This document shows positions 25,501-37,063 of a stretch of 64,000 bases of DNA, piece after piece. Below the pieces are notes generated by a model. The model was not told where the DNA came from. It searched no databases and saw only the letters and a list, made by a program, of their open reading frames with translations. The position numbers were made by a program, and so were the translations under genes. Origin of the DNA: Phoronis australis (Eukaryota > Animalia > Phoronida); the NCBI GenBank assembly GCA_002633005.1, contig NMRA01000022.1, forward strand, positions 1,503,036 to 1,567,035, in the 5' to 3' direction. Positions within the stretch are counted from its first letter, which is position 1. Every line of letters starts with the position of its first letter.

Positions 25501-28500
25501 AATCCATCACGTTTTTCGACAAGAGTCTCCAATGGATGCCTGCTGCAGGGAATGACCTATCACCAGATTCTGACATCAAGATTGTTAACTTGATGTACAA
25601 TTGCCAAGGTAATTTTGATGTTCCTTTTAGCTGAGTTTAATAAAACTGGTTTAAATGTTGCATACATGCGTATTTATGTTAAAAATTGTTGAGTATCTTT
25701 TTTTCCTTTGTTCATAACGTTATAAGAAACAAGTTATTACGACTCTGCTGCCTCTTGTTGAAATAGTCAACGTTGACTTAAGTTGTTGAAAAAGATCCAT
25801 GCTAACTAACAAGAACACGTAATTACACTTCCTTTTATCGGTTTACTCTACCAATGCACCACATAGTGTTTTAATATGTCGACGCGAAAATTGTTGTCCC
25901 CCCCTTACCTTAGGACATCTTAATTTCGCAAGGCTTGTTAAATTGTTTGCCAACACTTATAGGTCACGTGACTGGGGAAACGCCGGACAAAAGAAACGTT
26001 CCAGAATTCATTGAAGGTGAGTTCTCTCAGTGACGTGACAATTCTGAGGTAAGGTGACTCTGAAACCAGCTACGATTTAATTTTACAAAATTTTATAAAA
26101 TTGAAGCATGTGAAGCAAAACAATAATGATCTCACCTTTGCATTTTTTGTAATCGGTTGCAAGGAAAAAAAAAACCTTCGATTATATACTAAAGAGTCCC
26201 ATATAAGAGAGTCTAAAGTGTCCTATAGAAGAAAGCGAAACGCGCTTTTACGAACAGTACTAACCATGCACCGGGCGCATGCGCTACTGAAGCTGACAAC
26301 TTGACGCCATATTGGAGAGTTTCTAGTCACGTGACAAGGTCACTCGCCGTGTAAACAAACCAGGCAAATTGCCTTTTTCAACGTGCGATATCTTACACAT
26401 AAAGAGGTGGAATAGCGTGTGTGTTTTTTTCCGAAACATAAACATCATGTGGTGTAGCCCTTACCTGCGTTTTTAAGAGTTAATCAGTCGAAAGGGATAA
26501 TTTCGTACTAATAGATGATCGCAACTGACCAATGGCAAATGCCCTAGTGGCCTGTACGGCTGAACGCTTGTCAATCCAGTGCAAGCGATTTAGTCGTACA
26601 GGCTTGGCATTTTGGTTACTATACTCTTTTTTTGCAGTTTTTAAGTCACAAAACAAAGAGCTCGAAAGCAAGCAGTCAAATCTACAGAATTAGTTCCAAT
26701 ATAAACTTCGACATCAGTACGGATTTTGGATTTGATTGTTTTGCAACAAAAGAAAAATATCTGATTATGGAATACACTATAATAAATGAGTTTTTAAGGA
26801 GTATATGTTTCAATAAAGAATACACTATTTCAAAGATGTACTCGTTTGGATGACTGGCTGGTAAGTTCGGAAATGTAGATGTTGTTTTTCAGTACAAGCG
26901 TACAAGTGAAATCACATGATTGTCATTGAATGCCACATAATTACTTATGCACAATTAACAAACAACGTGATCACTGGATACAACATGAGCTGATAATAAT
27001 TATTTTTCTTCATTAATTTTATGTGGTACTGACGTAGAATCCCCTAAATACCTGGTAGAGTCTTGCCCAGCTAAGGAGCAACCTACTGGATGGCACTGTT
27101 ACATGCCTACAACATATAGTGTATGGCACCAAATGGAAACGTCTGTCCGCTTTCTTAAAGGAGACTGGCTGACTTGAAAAATTCCTTCACGAAGAAACAT
27201 AATGGCCTCTCGTGCTTTAGCTCAGGTGTTTTGTGCAATGGGCCCAACCATATGGCCTGCGCGTGTCTGATGCATCGAAGACGACATCAAGCACTGTTTT
27301 TATGTGGTCTTAATCAACAAGGCTGGCGTGTAGACAACGCATGGTCGCACCGCTTAGCCGAACCTAGAAAATCTAGTGCCAGCACCGCTAAATTCCATAG
27401 CCGAACCAAAAAACCCAATGGTCGGACAAAATGACTCAACGGCAGGACCAAAAATTTCATCTTGGCTGCACCGCATAAACTCAGTGGCCCGGGATCCAAA
27501 TAGGTTTTTAGGTACGAACACATACTTTAAACGGTACAGCCATGTATTGTTTCAAGCCTCTTGATCAAATGCTATTTTTAACAAAAGGCAAGTCGGTCTT
27601 CATCACAAACATCTGATCATAAATAAACACAGCATCAACTGTCAGACGTTTTGCTCAAGACCCATCGAGGGTCAATAAAAGTAACTACGACGGCAAATTG
27701 GTCGTCAATAAATTTGGCGATGGCTACCTACGATTAAAACTCACAGAATCATCAGTAGACTACACATTTGGCAGCAATTCTACACACTCACTTCATAAAG
27801 TAACAACTGTCAGAGGTTTTGCTTTCAAGTCCTACAATTATATAATGGAGTTAGCTGTGATTCTACAACTCTTTAGCTATGAATTGCATGTAAACCAACC
27901 ACGGGGTTCCATTTGGTCCACAATTTAATCACACGAAGAACCATAATTCCCTGTCTAAAAATCAAGACAAAGGGTTCCAAATAAACTGGAAGCACATGGA
28001 TGTTGTCCAGCAAACAATCACATACAGGGGAGCCTTGTAATATGCAATGCACCTTATTTAGAACGTTGACAACAACATTACATACAAACATTCATGTTCC
28101 AGTTTTACCTAATGCATTTACATGTAGGTCTTCCCTGGTTACAACAATTTATCACTATGATATAAATACAAAAGCACAGACTATTGGTTGGCAGTGTTCT
28201 TGTCCGACAGTGGTGAGATTTTACTGAATGTTCACGTGGCAAACACTGGCCTTGAAACAAGACAACTTTAATGTACACATGTCTCACGATTTTTCCACTC
28301 TGTTTTCAGATTACGGACATTCGTAATGCGGTGGAATTTTAAGTCATAATAGACTTTAACAATGGATTTCCCTAGGGAAAACACGGGTCTGCACTATCAT
28401 GTATGTGTGATTGGTTCAGGAAAAGAGTAACATCAACATCTGCCTGCACACAAGATTGCAACTTCAAACAACTTACATTGGGATTGATCCTAGTCACCCC

Positions 28501-31500
28501 CGTCATTTGAAATAGGTGTTTTTCACTCTTCACAACAACTGTAATGCAGCTTTTTGTTGGCATCACAAGGCCTCCTTTCTGTTTTAAATGTAAAAACGTG
28601 TAGGAATTTTTGTAAGTAGACTCTTTTCGCGTAGAACATACGAGAAACTTGAGTAATGTTCTCACGACCCACTCAGTAACATAGTCTACTGTATCTTCGA
28701 TCAGTGCACCGTAAGCTCATTGAAAAGTCGCAGCCCTCATCAAGTGTGGCTTCTGTTGATGGTTGGCATGTCAATAGTGGCATCTGGATCAGTTCCACAT
28801 CATCTCTGACACAACAGTTACCCACTGATGACACCTGGAAACGTCAAGACTTGCCACAAGTTACAAATTTGAATTAGTATAATTACTGGAATCTATCACA
28901 CATGTGACATTTAAAACCCAAATAAATTCAGGATTTTGAAACATACAACACATTTAATCGAAGAACCACACTGGCATTTTCAAAATCCGTACATAAAGTG
29001 TGTAGCTAGTTAAAGCTAATACTTTCCGTTTTACATGCCAAAGGACGTTGAGAAAAGTTGCCAATACGTAAGTTGTCGACGAACATAAATTTCCAAAATA
29101 CCAAATTAATTATTTTTTTCAATGATGTCAACGATACGTTGAACAGAAATATTTACCTGCAGAGCCCCACTATGTGACATTATTTTTCGAAATATGTTGT
29201 GGGCTGCAGTTTCAGCAACCTAAAAATAGAATTTGAAAGTCAGAAATTTTATCAGTATCATATTTTATGTATGAACATTTGTAATCGCCCTAATAAGTGG
29301 GCCCGCTCAATAAGCAATCATTACCTGATTTTAACTCTCCTTGAACAATAGCCTCTATTGCGAACAAGTGAAACTGGTGGGCTAGCACACAAACAGATAT
29401 GTCGCAATATGCAATTTTAGCACATTTTTTCGTCAAGGTTGGCCAGGGCAACTGTTTTGGTGATAAATTGACTCTTGTTTAGTTTCATCGCCAAAACAGA
29501 TAACAAAATAGGACTAGGTTGATATTTTACATGCAGTTAACTTGACACTAATCTTTTTGAAAATGTTTGCTTATCTGGGGTTTTTAAATTTTTTATTGGT
29601 TGCTCAACACTATTTTTATGTAGCCGACCTAGTTCAATAACCCTACAATACTTCCATGACAGGTCAGATCTGTACTTTGTAATTTGGCAAGATATGACAG
29701 GTATTTCCAGAGCCAGATAAAAAAGACAATGCATAGCAAGTTTAACTGGTTTAATGAACAGACGACATTCCATGAAAAATATGGAACCGGAAGAATTCCA
29801 ACTTAACAAATTCGTACGAACAACATTAACAGCACAATGGCGTAGGCCCAACCAATCAGTTTGATACATCAGTTGAGGTAGCTATGTTTTTGTTTGTAGG
29901 CTGTAAAGACGAGTTCGATTCGTGTCCATTTCTGGCCAACAGGGGCGATTGTGTAAGCAGAGAGGGTTATATGAGCTACCAGTGCCAGAAATCATGTAAC
30001 CGATGTCCAGGTGGCAACGGTAATACCGGTACAAACACTACTCCACCTCGAGGCACAACTCTGGTTCCTGGCACTGGCACCGGAACTGGCACAGGTACAG
30101 ATTCACTTTGAATTATGGGAAATGAAGGCACAGGCGTGACACATGGTAACCTAATGGGGAACTCGAAATTCCCTAGGTGTGGCATGTGAAATTAAGGCAG
30201 GACTCTTCCCGTTGAAAAGCCTACATTTGCATAATTACGTGAGTCTCTTATCACACCAGAGCCGCCATGCTGGTCGATGGAGTACTTACTGCTCTCAGTC
30301 TTTTCATACATCAAGAAAGGGACCTTTATTCACTAGCGTCACCTAAGAAATGTCAATTCGCTCATTTGAAACGCACTCTGAGTGAGGGGTGTACTCAATA
30401 TGTTACCTTAAAAGTAAGTAAGAAGGAGGTGCAAAAGCTTGTTTAAAAGCCAAAATGGTTAGGAACGTTGATCTTCTCTAATTTTCCGTCTTGTTACTGC
30501 CAGTTCTTCCAAAATAAGTGATCTGTCGCCATGAGAAGAACTAAAACGGTGATACGTCCTTGACTTCACTCCACATACGACAACACCAAGCGCTCAGATG
30601 CATACATGTATTTTACAGGAGGCAATTGCCAGGACAATCCCATAGCAAAATGCAAAGAGTATCCTGACTTTTACTGCAAAAGCGAGAATGTTAAGTTCTG
30701 TTTGAATACTTGCGGGAAATGTGACACTACAAAGCCTGGTACAGGAACAAACACAGGTACAAAGACGGGGATTTTATAGCGTTGGTTTAAAGCTTGAACA
30801 ACTCTTCAACATGATAGGAATTGTCCAGGCATAACTTAAATATCACCATTTTCCTTTCTGGGACTTACATCTTTTCACTTTTAAAGATCAAATTTGATTT
30901 CAAAGGCATGTCATAGAAATCTTCTTTAGCCAATACGTCTTGAGTCCCATTGTTAGACTCGCACATTCACCGTTGTACCAAAACTATCCGTTAAAACAAA
31001 ACGAATATTTGAAAGCATCTTAGCTACAATTTTGGACTTTTAACGTTCTGCTAGGGAGTTTTGGAAAAAAATATGTTCTCATAACCTCCTTGTTTTCGTT
31101 GTATACTGGGTCGTCATCAATAGACATTTCAATGTTTATCTTAATTGAAAGTATGACTTCCAATGTTTTTGGATGACTCTGATTTGCATCTCCACAAGTC
31201 GTACCTCAGCTCCTATCTGCATGTAACAGGCCTACAAGTACCTTTAGCTAAGTCCACTTCTCGTCAAAAACGCGATGCCGCTACTTGTTTTCAGGTACAT
31301 GTGTCGATAATCCCAGCGCCAGCTGCGCACAATTTCCCGATTTCTACTGTAACAATCCTAACAACGTGAAATTTTGTATGAAGACTTGTGGTAGATGTGG
31401 CAGTGGGACCAACACCGGTACAACTGACAACGGCTCAGGCAAGTGACACACAAGCATACACCGGCAATCTACACCGCTTTAAGATGCGGAGTTTTTCTGG

Positions 31501-32729
31501 CAGAGCAGACCGGACGAGAAATCAGGTGCAGATTAGACGCTTGAAACGAGCGTTCGCAACACGCGTTCCACATGCCATTTTACAAGTGTGGTTAGAATGC
31601 CATTTAGGTGCAAACTCTCAAAAGTCCGGCAATAACGTAAAATCGTATGCAAATGATGCATCATTGTGCGAAATTATCATTTTTCGGCGTCCGGCCGATA
31701 TTCACAATCACAAACTCACTGGCAGTTGAATATCTAGCGAGAATTGTCCGATCATCGGAGACATTGGCCGCACGTCACCCGACGTTTTGACAACTTTGGC
31801 AGTTGATGCCCAGCTATTTTCACGATTGTCTTCCTTTGGATAAACATTGACTTTCCATCTGGCTCTGGGAATTCGGGCGCCAAGTGCAGTTCGTTGAGCG
31901 ATCGTCGACCGATATTATCATCGGCGCCTGTCCTGCGACTTAGAATAACTGGCTTGGTATTGAAAATTTCAACTTTGCAAGCTAGCTTAGTGGACGGAGG
32001 GCCCCGATAATCTTGCTGCTGATCATCTTCCGATACGGCTTTTTTGCCGGGAATCTCATCGGATAGACGTCGCAGCCTTTGAGCGAATAACAAGTGATAT
32101 ATTAGTTTTTCAATTCCAATCCACTTTCGAGCAGTTTTCTTCGATTTTGCAACAACAGACTGTCGGTAAGGTCAAACTTATTCTTAAATAGTAACCAATT
32201 TTTCAGGAATAGTGTCTTTCAGTGCCCACGAGAGAAAGTTTATGCAGCAAATGCATTTGAATGCTGGTGAAGCGACGGATGGGTCATACTGAGGATGGTG
32301 TAAATGATTCACGATGAACACCATCAAACAGCAAACACGCGACACAGTTTCCGTACCCGCGCCACTAAACTACGCGCCGAATGTGACCAAACTTCTAAAC
32401 CGGAAATTTTAGTCCGGGTAACGGTGTTAAATCAGAACCCCAGATACGGAGTTCGGTATGGAATCTTTTTTGTGCGTGTGTGGAATTCAAGTGCGCGGGT
32501 ATGAAATTGATATCTCGGATTTAGTGTTTAATTATCCGGGACAATGGTTTAGGGGGGTGTTCATAGAATAACTTTCACCACATCCTGATACATGTACTTT
32601 ATTGTGCTTTTACTTATTACAGGCACCTGCTTGGACAACCCGATAGCAAAGTGTAAAGAATTTCCAGACTTCTATTGCAAAGATACTTCGAATGTCAAGT
32701 TTTGCCAGAAGACTTGCGGTCGTTGTTAG
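22591..32729 (+). CDS. Astacin (M12A) metalloprotease with four C-terminal ShKT domains; exons 22591-22679, 23061-23178, 23694-23769, 24726-24929, 25473-25608, 29900-30094, 30619-30756, 31295-31438, 32623-32729
   Basis: All exons are phase-compatible. They give KYKR/HATKGHRWAGGEIPYEF, AMRLWERSTCIKFRP, GCNTAVG, GC..KRTALHELGHTIGLHHEQ (zinc motif), the YDPKSIMHY Met-turn, DIKIVNLMYNC, then four six-Cys ShKT modules ending CxxxCxxC with Gly/Thr linkers. Stop TAG at 32727-32729. Confidence 0.9.
24445..24601. mobile_element. Small intronic MITE
   Basis: Perfect 19-bp inverted repeat cgttcagtaacgctaggac (24453-24471) / gtcctagcgttactgaacg (24574-24592). Confidence 0.7.
28245..29250 (-). pseudogene. 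P-element/THAP9-like transposase C-terminal remnant in an astacin intron
   Basis: Minus-strand pieces NIFRKIMSHSG, GNCC, VDYVTEWVVRTLLKFLVCSTR..FLHLKQKGGLVMPTKSCITVVVKSEK and VRHVYIKVVLFQGQ match the THAP9-type C-terminus (Y.AG.VVR.L...GGL..PS...EK...KL.LF.GQ). Confidence 0.75.
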
Positions 32730-32824
32730 GGGTGATATTTTAGCAAACGTAACTGGAAAAGAGTTTCCAGCAATTGACGAGAAAGATGAATCTATCTCTT
32801 AATATCAAGTTTATAAGGAAACGA

Positions 32825-32888
32825 CAAGACATTTACGGTAGTCATATTCTTGTTGTCAAGACATTTACGGTAGTCATATTCTTGTTGT
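32825..32888. repeat. Exact 32-bp tandem duplication in the astacin 3' region
   Basis: caagacatttacggtagtcatattcttgttgt occurs twice in tandem. Confidence 0.85.
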
Positions 32889-33088
32889 TTTTATCGCAAC
32901 GCAAATATAAGTCAATCCAACAATAGTACAGAGAATTCGCCAGGAAAACGAATCATTACATTAAAATGTATATCAGGTGTCCCAAAAAGTGAGCCACTTT
33001 TTGACAAGTAATTTCTCAGCAATGAATGAATTTTGGAGTGGCTTCTTCTATTGAGCCTGGGTCATCGTGTGTGAAGGAGCCCCATCTT

Positions 33089-33393
33089 TCTTTTTCATCA
33101 TTGTCGGGTTTTTAGCCTACCATTGACGCGCTTGCTAGGCGTGTTGTCAACGGGTTTTTCATTCGAGGTGTCTCTCCAACTTGACCCACATGGCAGTGGG
33201 GTTCTGTGGATGGTCGTTGTCCCTCTTGGGATCATCCGCCCTCTGACAGGTCTTGTTTTTATTCCTGCAGGAATTAACTACCCTCCTCACCAGGCAAGCC
33301 TGGTGGAGGAGTCGGTTTAGTCGCCGACCATTTGACTTTCCCTCCTCCTTTTCAAATGGAACGCCGGGCTTGGGACCGGTATCTAGCGGAGCT
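33089..33393 (-). mobile_element. 305-bp non-coding retro-insertion with a 46-bp TSD, A-rich 3' end and twister ribozyme head
   Basis: Direct repeats at 33043-33088 and 33394-33439 (1 mismatch in 46 bp). The minus-strand 3' end is ...gacaatgatgaaaaaga. There are several internal hairpins and no credible ORF. Confidence 0.8.
33328..33393 (-). ncRNA. Twister ribozyme (type P1), portion 3' of the cleavage site
   Basis: Minus strand reads AG-CUCC-GC-UAGAUA-CCGG-UCCCAAGC-CCGG-(15 nt)-GGAG-GAGGG-AAAGUC. The CCGGUCCCAAGCCCGG core and GAGGG are identical to the rice Osa-1-4 twister as I recall it. P2 is CUCC/GGAG. The 5' strand of P1 and the U before the scissile bond are absent. Confidence 0.8.
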
Positions 33394-34127
33394 TTCTTCT
33401 ATTGAGCCTGGGTCATCGTGTGTGAAGGAGCCTCATCTTGCTGAAACGCGTAATTGTTTCCAGGATAATTCGAGAGAAGATTTTCATCCAATAACTGCAT
33501 GCATATACCGTTGACTGTTAACTTTGGCTCTATTAGTCTCAATAAAGTGGATATTTGTTTTCCCTTACCAGGATTCTCCAGCGGAAACCATTACTTTTTT
33601 GAAAAATCTGAAAGTCTCATGATAGTGTCGAGAAAGCTGAATTTCTTGTTTTTATTTCTCATAAACACGATCGTTTTGGCGAATTCTAGCGTAAAGTCTA
33701 TTTCGTCAGTGAAAATGATTCTTTTCACACCAGTGGCTGAATAGCGGTCATGCAAGTATCGGCATCGAGTTTTTCTTTTCCTTCTAACATTTTGATCTCT
33801 CCGTGAAATCCACATTCTTTTGAAGAGTTTTAGCCCCAGTTTTTCGCTATTCTTTACACAGGAGACTTGCTCACTTGTGAATCGCTTGCGACTTCTCTCA
33901 GAGAATTGTGATTCTTGGGGTTGTTCTCTTACAGTGGTAAACTCCACCCATTTCCCGAAACTCCTTACGATTCTTCTTCCGCTCCACTCTTTCCCCTTAA
34001 GACAGGTTTCAACATAACAAAATAGGGATTATGTTGCGTACTGAATACCAACAAAAAGGGATCCCTTTATTTTTCGTGCGCACCAGTCGTCGTTGTATAA
34101 TCCCCTTTGTTCTTCCGTATCTCTCTA

Positions 34128-34240
34128 CAATAGATGTCGCGTATAACCGGTGAAAGATGCTAAGGGGATATTGTAACCTCCTAATTCAATAACAGATGTC
34201 GCGTATAACCCGTGAAAGGTAAATAAGGAGATATTGTGAC
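34128..34240. repeat. Two-copy degenerate tandem repeat, 60-bp period
   Basis: agatgtcgcgtataacc(g/c)gtgaaag...taagg(g/a)gatattgt occurs twice. Confidence 0.7.
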
Positions 34241-35541
34241 GACCTAAAATAAAACATAACCTTAATATTGTTTAAACGTGTACTAATAAAAAAGTACATC
34301 CAAATACATTACAAAAATGATCAAGGCGTTCATACACCATTATCCGCATTAGTGGTAATTTTATTAAATGTCCAAAGTGTTGAATTAAATGTTCAAAGGT
34401 CACGAAGAAATTGTACTTTTTCGACAACATTATTTTTGTTTGAACAGTAATTGTGATGCACAGTCCATAATATGTAGTTGGGGGATTACTGCTATATTGT
34501 TATATTTAGAGAAATTTTCACTAAATATCATCGACTAATCTTATTTTGCAAAATCAAATGGTTGGGAAGCTAGAGGAGAGGACGTAACAGCCGTTGACCT
34601 GCAGGGACACTTAACTTTCGAGTCACCCCCGTCATATTTCCATGTCAACAATCTGCATTGGGAAATATGATATATTTTAGGCCTCGTGGGTGTTTTCTGA
34701 TGAACTCCCCCAGGCTATACGACATCTGACCTCTTGGACAATATGGAGCAGCATTGAAAGTATTGAAATTGTGTGCTCATCGGGGTTGACGCCCAAAGCT
34801 CCTGACAAAACAGTGAGTGAGTGTTAAGCCGTGCATAGGCTTTTAAAATTGAAAGTTCTGATAACTCTAGTGGAGGTTTATCCAATGGAACTGTCGATTC
34901 GCTCTTGCAAATGCTGTCATTTTTTGCGCTCATAGGATAACTTAGTAATGGTATGAGCCAAAAGAATTACTTCAAATACAATTATTTTAGCGCCCGAATA
35001 TGGCAAGGTTGCACTTAGTTACCCGATTCTCCGTGACAGGGTCGTTCACAAATATACTGGCGGTTTTACAGAAGATTCTATCCTATCACTTGATGTGGAC
35101 GCTTTGTCGAATTCTTGAAAATTTGGAACGTTTTCAGCTGACGTAAGGGTGAACATGGCCGTTAACCCGCCCATGGTTAGCATATTTCGCCCAGAAATTA
35201 GACCTATTTTGACAAACCAACAATTTGAGACCCATTTCATAATGGTAAGAGGCCTGAATCAGAATTTGATTTCGTGACAGGAACCACCAATTTAATGCCG
35301 CTTTAACTATGAATTTGTGGTCATCAAGCACACGTACATGTGAACAGTTTGTTCTATATCTATTTGTCTTCTTTATAATGCAGGTAACAAACACAATGCG
35401 CCTGCAGTTCACTGTAATGACCAGTGATAATCGCTCATCTTAAAATCCCATTAATAGAGGAATGAAGTTTCACACATTCGGTAATGATGGCGTGACGCGT
35501 AAAATTGACCATCGCGCCAATTCGCGTTTTTTGTGGCTTGG

Positions 35542-35974
35542 TAAAGTGCCATTTACACTACAAAAGGTGACACCGATCAGCTGACACGGAACGAGATGTT
35601 CTAGCACTGAATGTGTGTAAACAGTACTGACCTGTTGCAAATTGACACGGCGATGACAACTTTTACTTGTTTGTGAGGTATAGCAATTTGCGCTCGACCG
35701 TCATGCTCCGTGTCAATTATATGTCTAAACGCGAAACTGGGGCAAGGCGGAAAGGATCATTTCTACTGCGCTTGTGCAATGACCTACATAAGGGTTTTCT
35801 GTCTGTGCAACTCCCGTTATTTGTAAACCTGCGCATGTGCGTTACACTCTCCAACCTACAACTTCCGTCTTGCCACAGTTAATGAGTTGTGTGTGTAAAC
35901 CGCCGCTTGACACCAATCAATTTGCTCTGTGTCAGTTGCGCCGGGGCAAAAGTTGATGTCTAAACGGGACTTAA
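35542..35974. mobile_element. Old Harbinger-like MITE
   Basis: Degenerate inverted termini taaagtgccatttacac...gctgacacgg / ctgtgtcagtt...gtctaaacgggactta. Confidence 0.45.
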
Positions 35975-36905
35975 GTGATTTCGCGATCTAGCGAAGCGAT
36001 CAACGAGTTCGTTCTGATATTCTTAAAGCCCAGCGAATTAATACATTATTGACAATTTTATTGAGTCTTAGGGACGCTTCTGTCAAACTGTGTGATTCAC
36101 AGTTTAGTTTGAACACGTAATAGCCTACTTGGCGCATTTCGAGTCACGGGTAGTTTTTCTGCTGCTGTGCTCGTAATCCATAAAAAAAAGTTTTGTGGAT
36201 GGAGAATGTATCAAATACACGTGATTTGACATTTGACCTTTACTCTTATACCCAGTTCTAGTAAAAGTATCTATCAGTTTTGCATCACTGTTCAGGCGGA
36301 CCTCCAATCCGTCGTTCTGTTGATTGTGTTTCCCTTTAAAAGTCTTCTGTTTTTATCATAATTGTTATTAAAAATGTTTGCTTTATATTGTACATTGTAA
36401 GTTGACCGCCATAGGGTGGACCAGGACGTGTCACGCCGTTTTGGTCTGCAATTCTTTATTGCTAAAATGTGTAATTTCAGGGAGCTTACTTTATGTTTAC
36501 TGAATTTGTAATTATAAAGCGATGGTGAAAAATAAACCTGTTCTTCGAGTGGATTTGCATTTTGTCGTTCAGTATGATATGAGGTTTACGTCGTCTTTAT
36601 GGCATCTTCTAGTTTTATCACCCCTTGTGAAAGAGAACGGGTCCGTTCTGCCAGTAAATTTCAGTGCAGGATTTTTGCACCTCATTATTAATGGAAAGAA
36701 AATCATGAAACATTGTTGGACTGTAATCAGTTCAGGTGGAAAGGGTAACTGGTTAGCCACAGTTTGGTAACGGTTTAATCAAGAGAATGTGCAAACTCGA
36801 TTGTAGACCTAGTCACGCACGTTGCATTTGCTCGTGTATCTGAACCATATTTTTAAGTTTGAGGTATTGTCCACTTGCGATTTGGTTGTGTGTAGGAATA
36901 GTATT

Positions 36906-37063
36906 CAGTGGCGGATTTAGAGGGGGCAAAGGGGGCCATGGCTCCCTCTAAAATTCTCCAAGATTCCATTGGGTAGTTCGGGTGAGCCAATGTCTGACAG
37001 GCAAAATCCTGTCCAATACTCTGCCCTGGCCCCCCCTAACTCAAAATCCTGGATCCGTCCATG
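36906..37063. mobile_element. ~160-bp CAGTGGCGGAT-type MITE (copy 1 of 3)
   Basis: TIRs cagtggcggattt / ggatccgtccatg. The body is the reverse complement of 41606-41768 and 45929-46090. Flanks gtatt/atatt. Confidence 0.8.

Larger units (their letters stand above)
32971..33950 (-). mobile_element. Degenerate Tc1/mariner (maT/DD37D-like) transposon, interrupted by a retro-insertion
   Basis: TA followed by a caggtgtcccaaaaa TIR-like end at ~32971-32990. Minus-strand pieces LGLKLFKR...KRKTRC..L...IIFTDEIDFTLE, KVMVSAG, VNSQRY and YAFQQD(G/E)APSHT. Confidence 0.8.

Noticed and set aside
28820-28850. Minimal hammerhead-like string CTGATGA-CACCTG-GAAAC-GTC
   Set aside because: The flanks cannot form stem I, stem II is not credible, and it lies at a splice junction of the P-element remnant.
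31752-32093. 113-aa intronic ORF
   Set aside because: It has a non-ATG start and no recognisable domain; probably repeat-derived.
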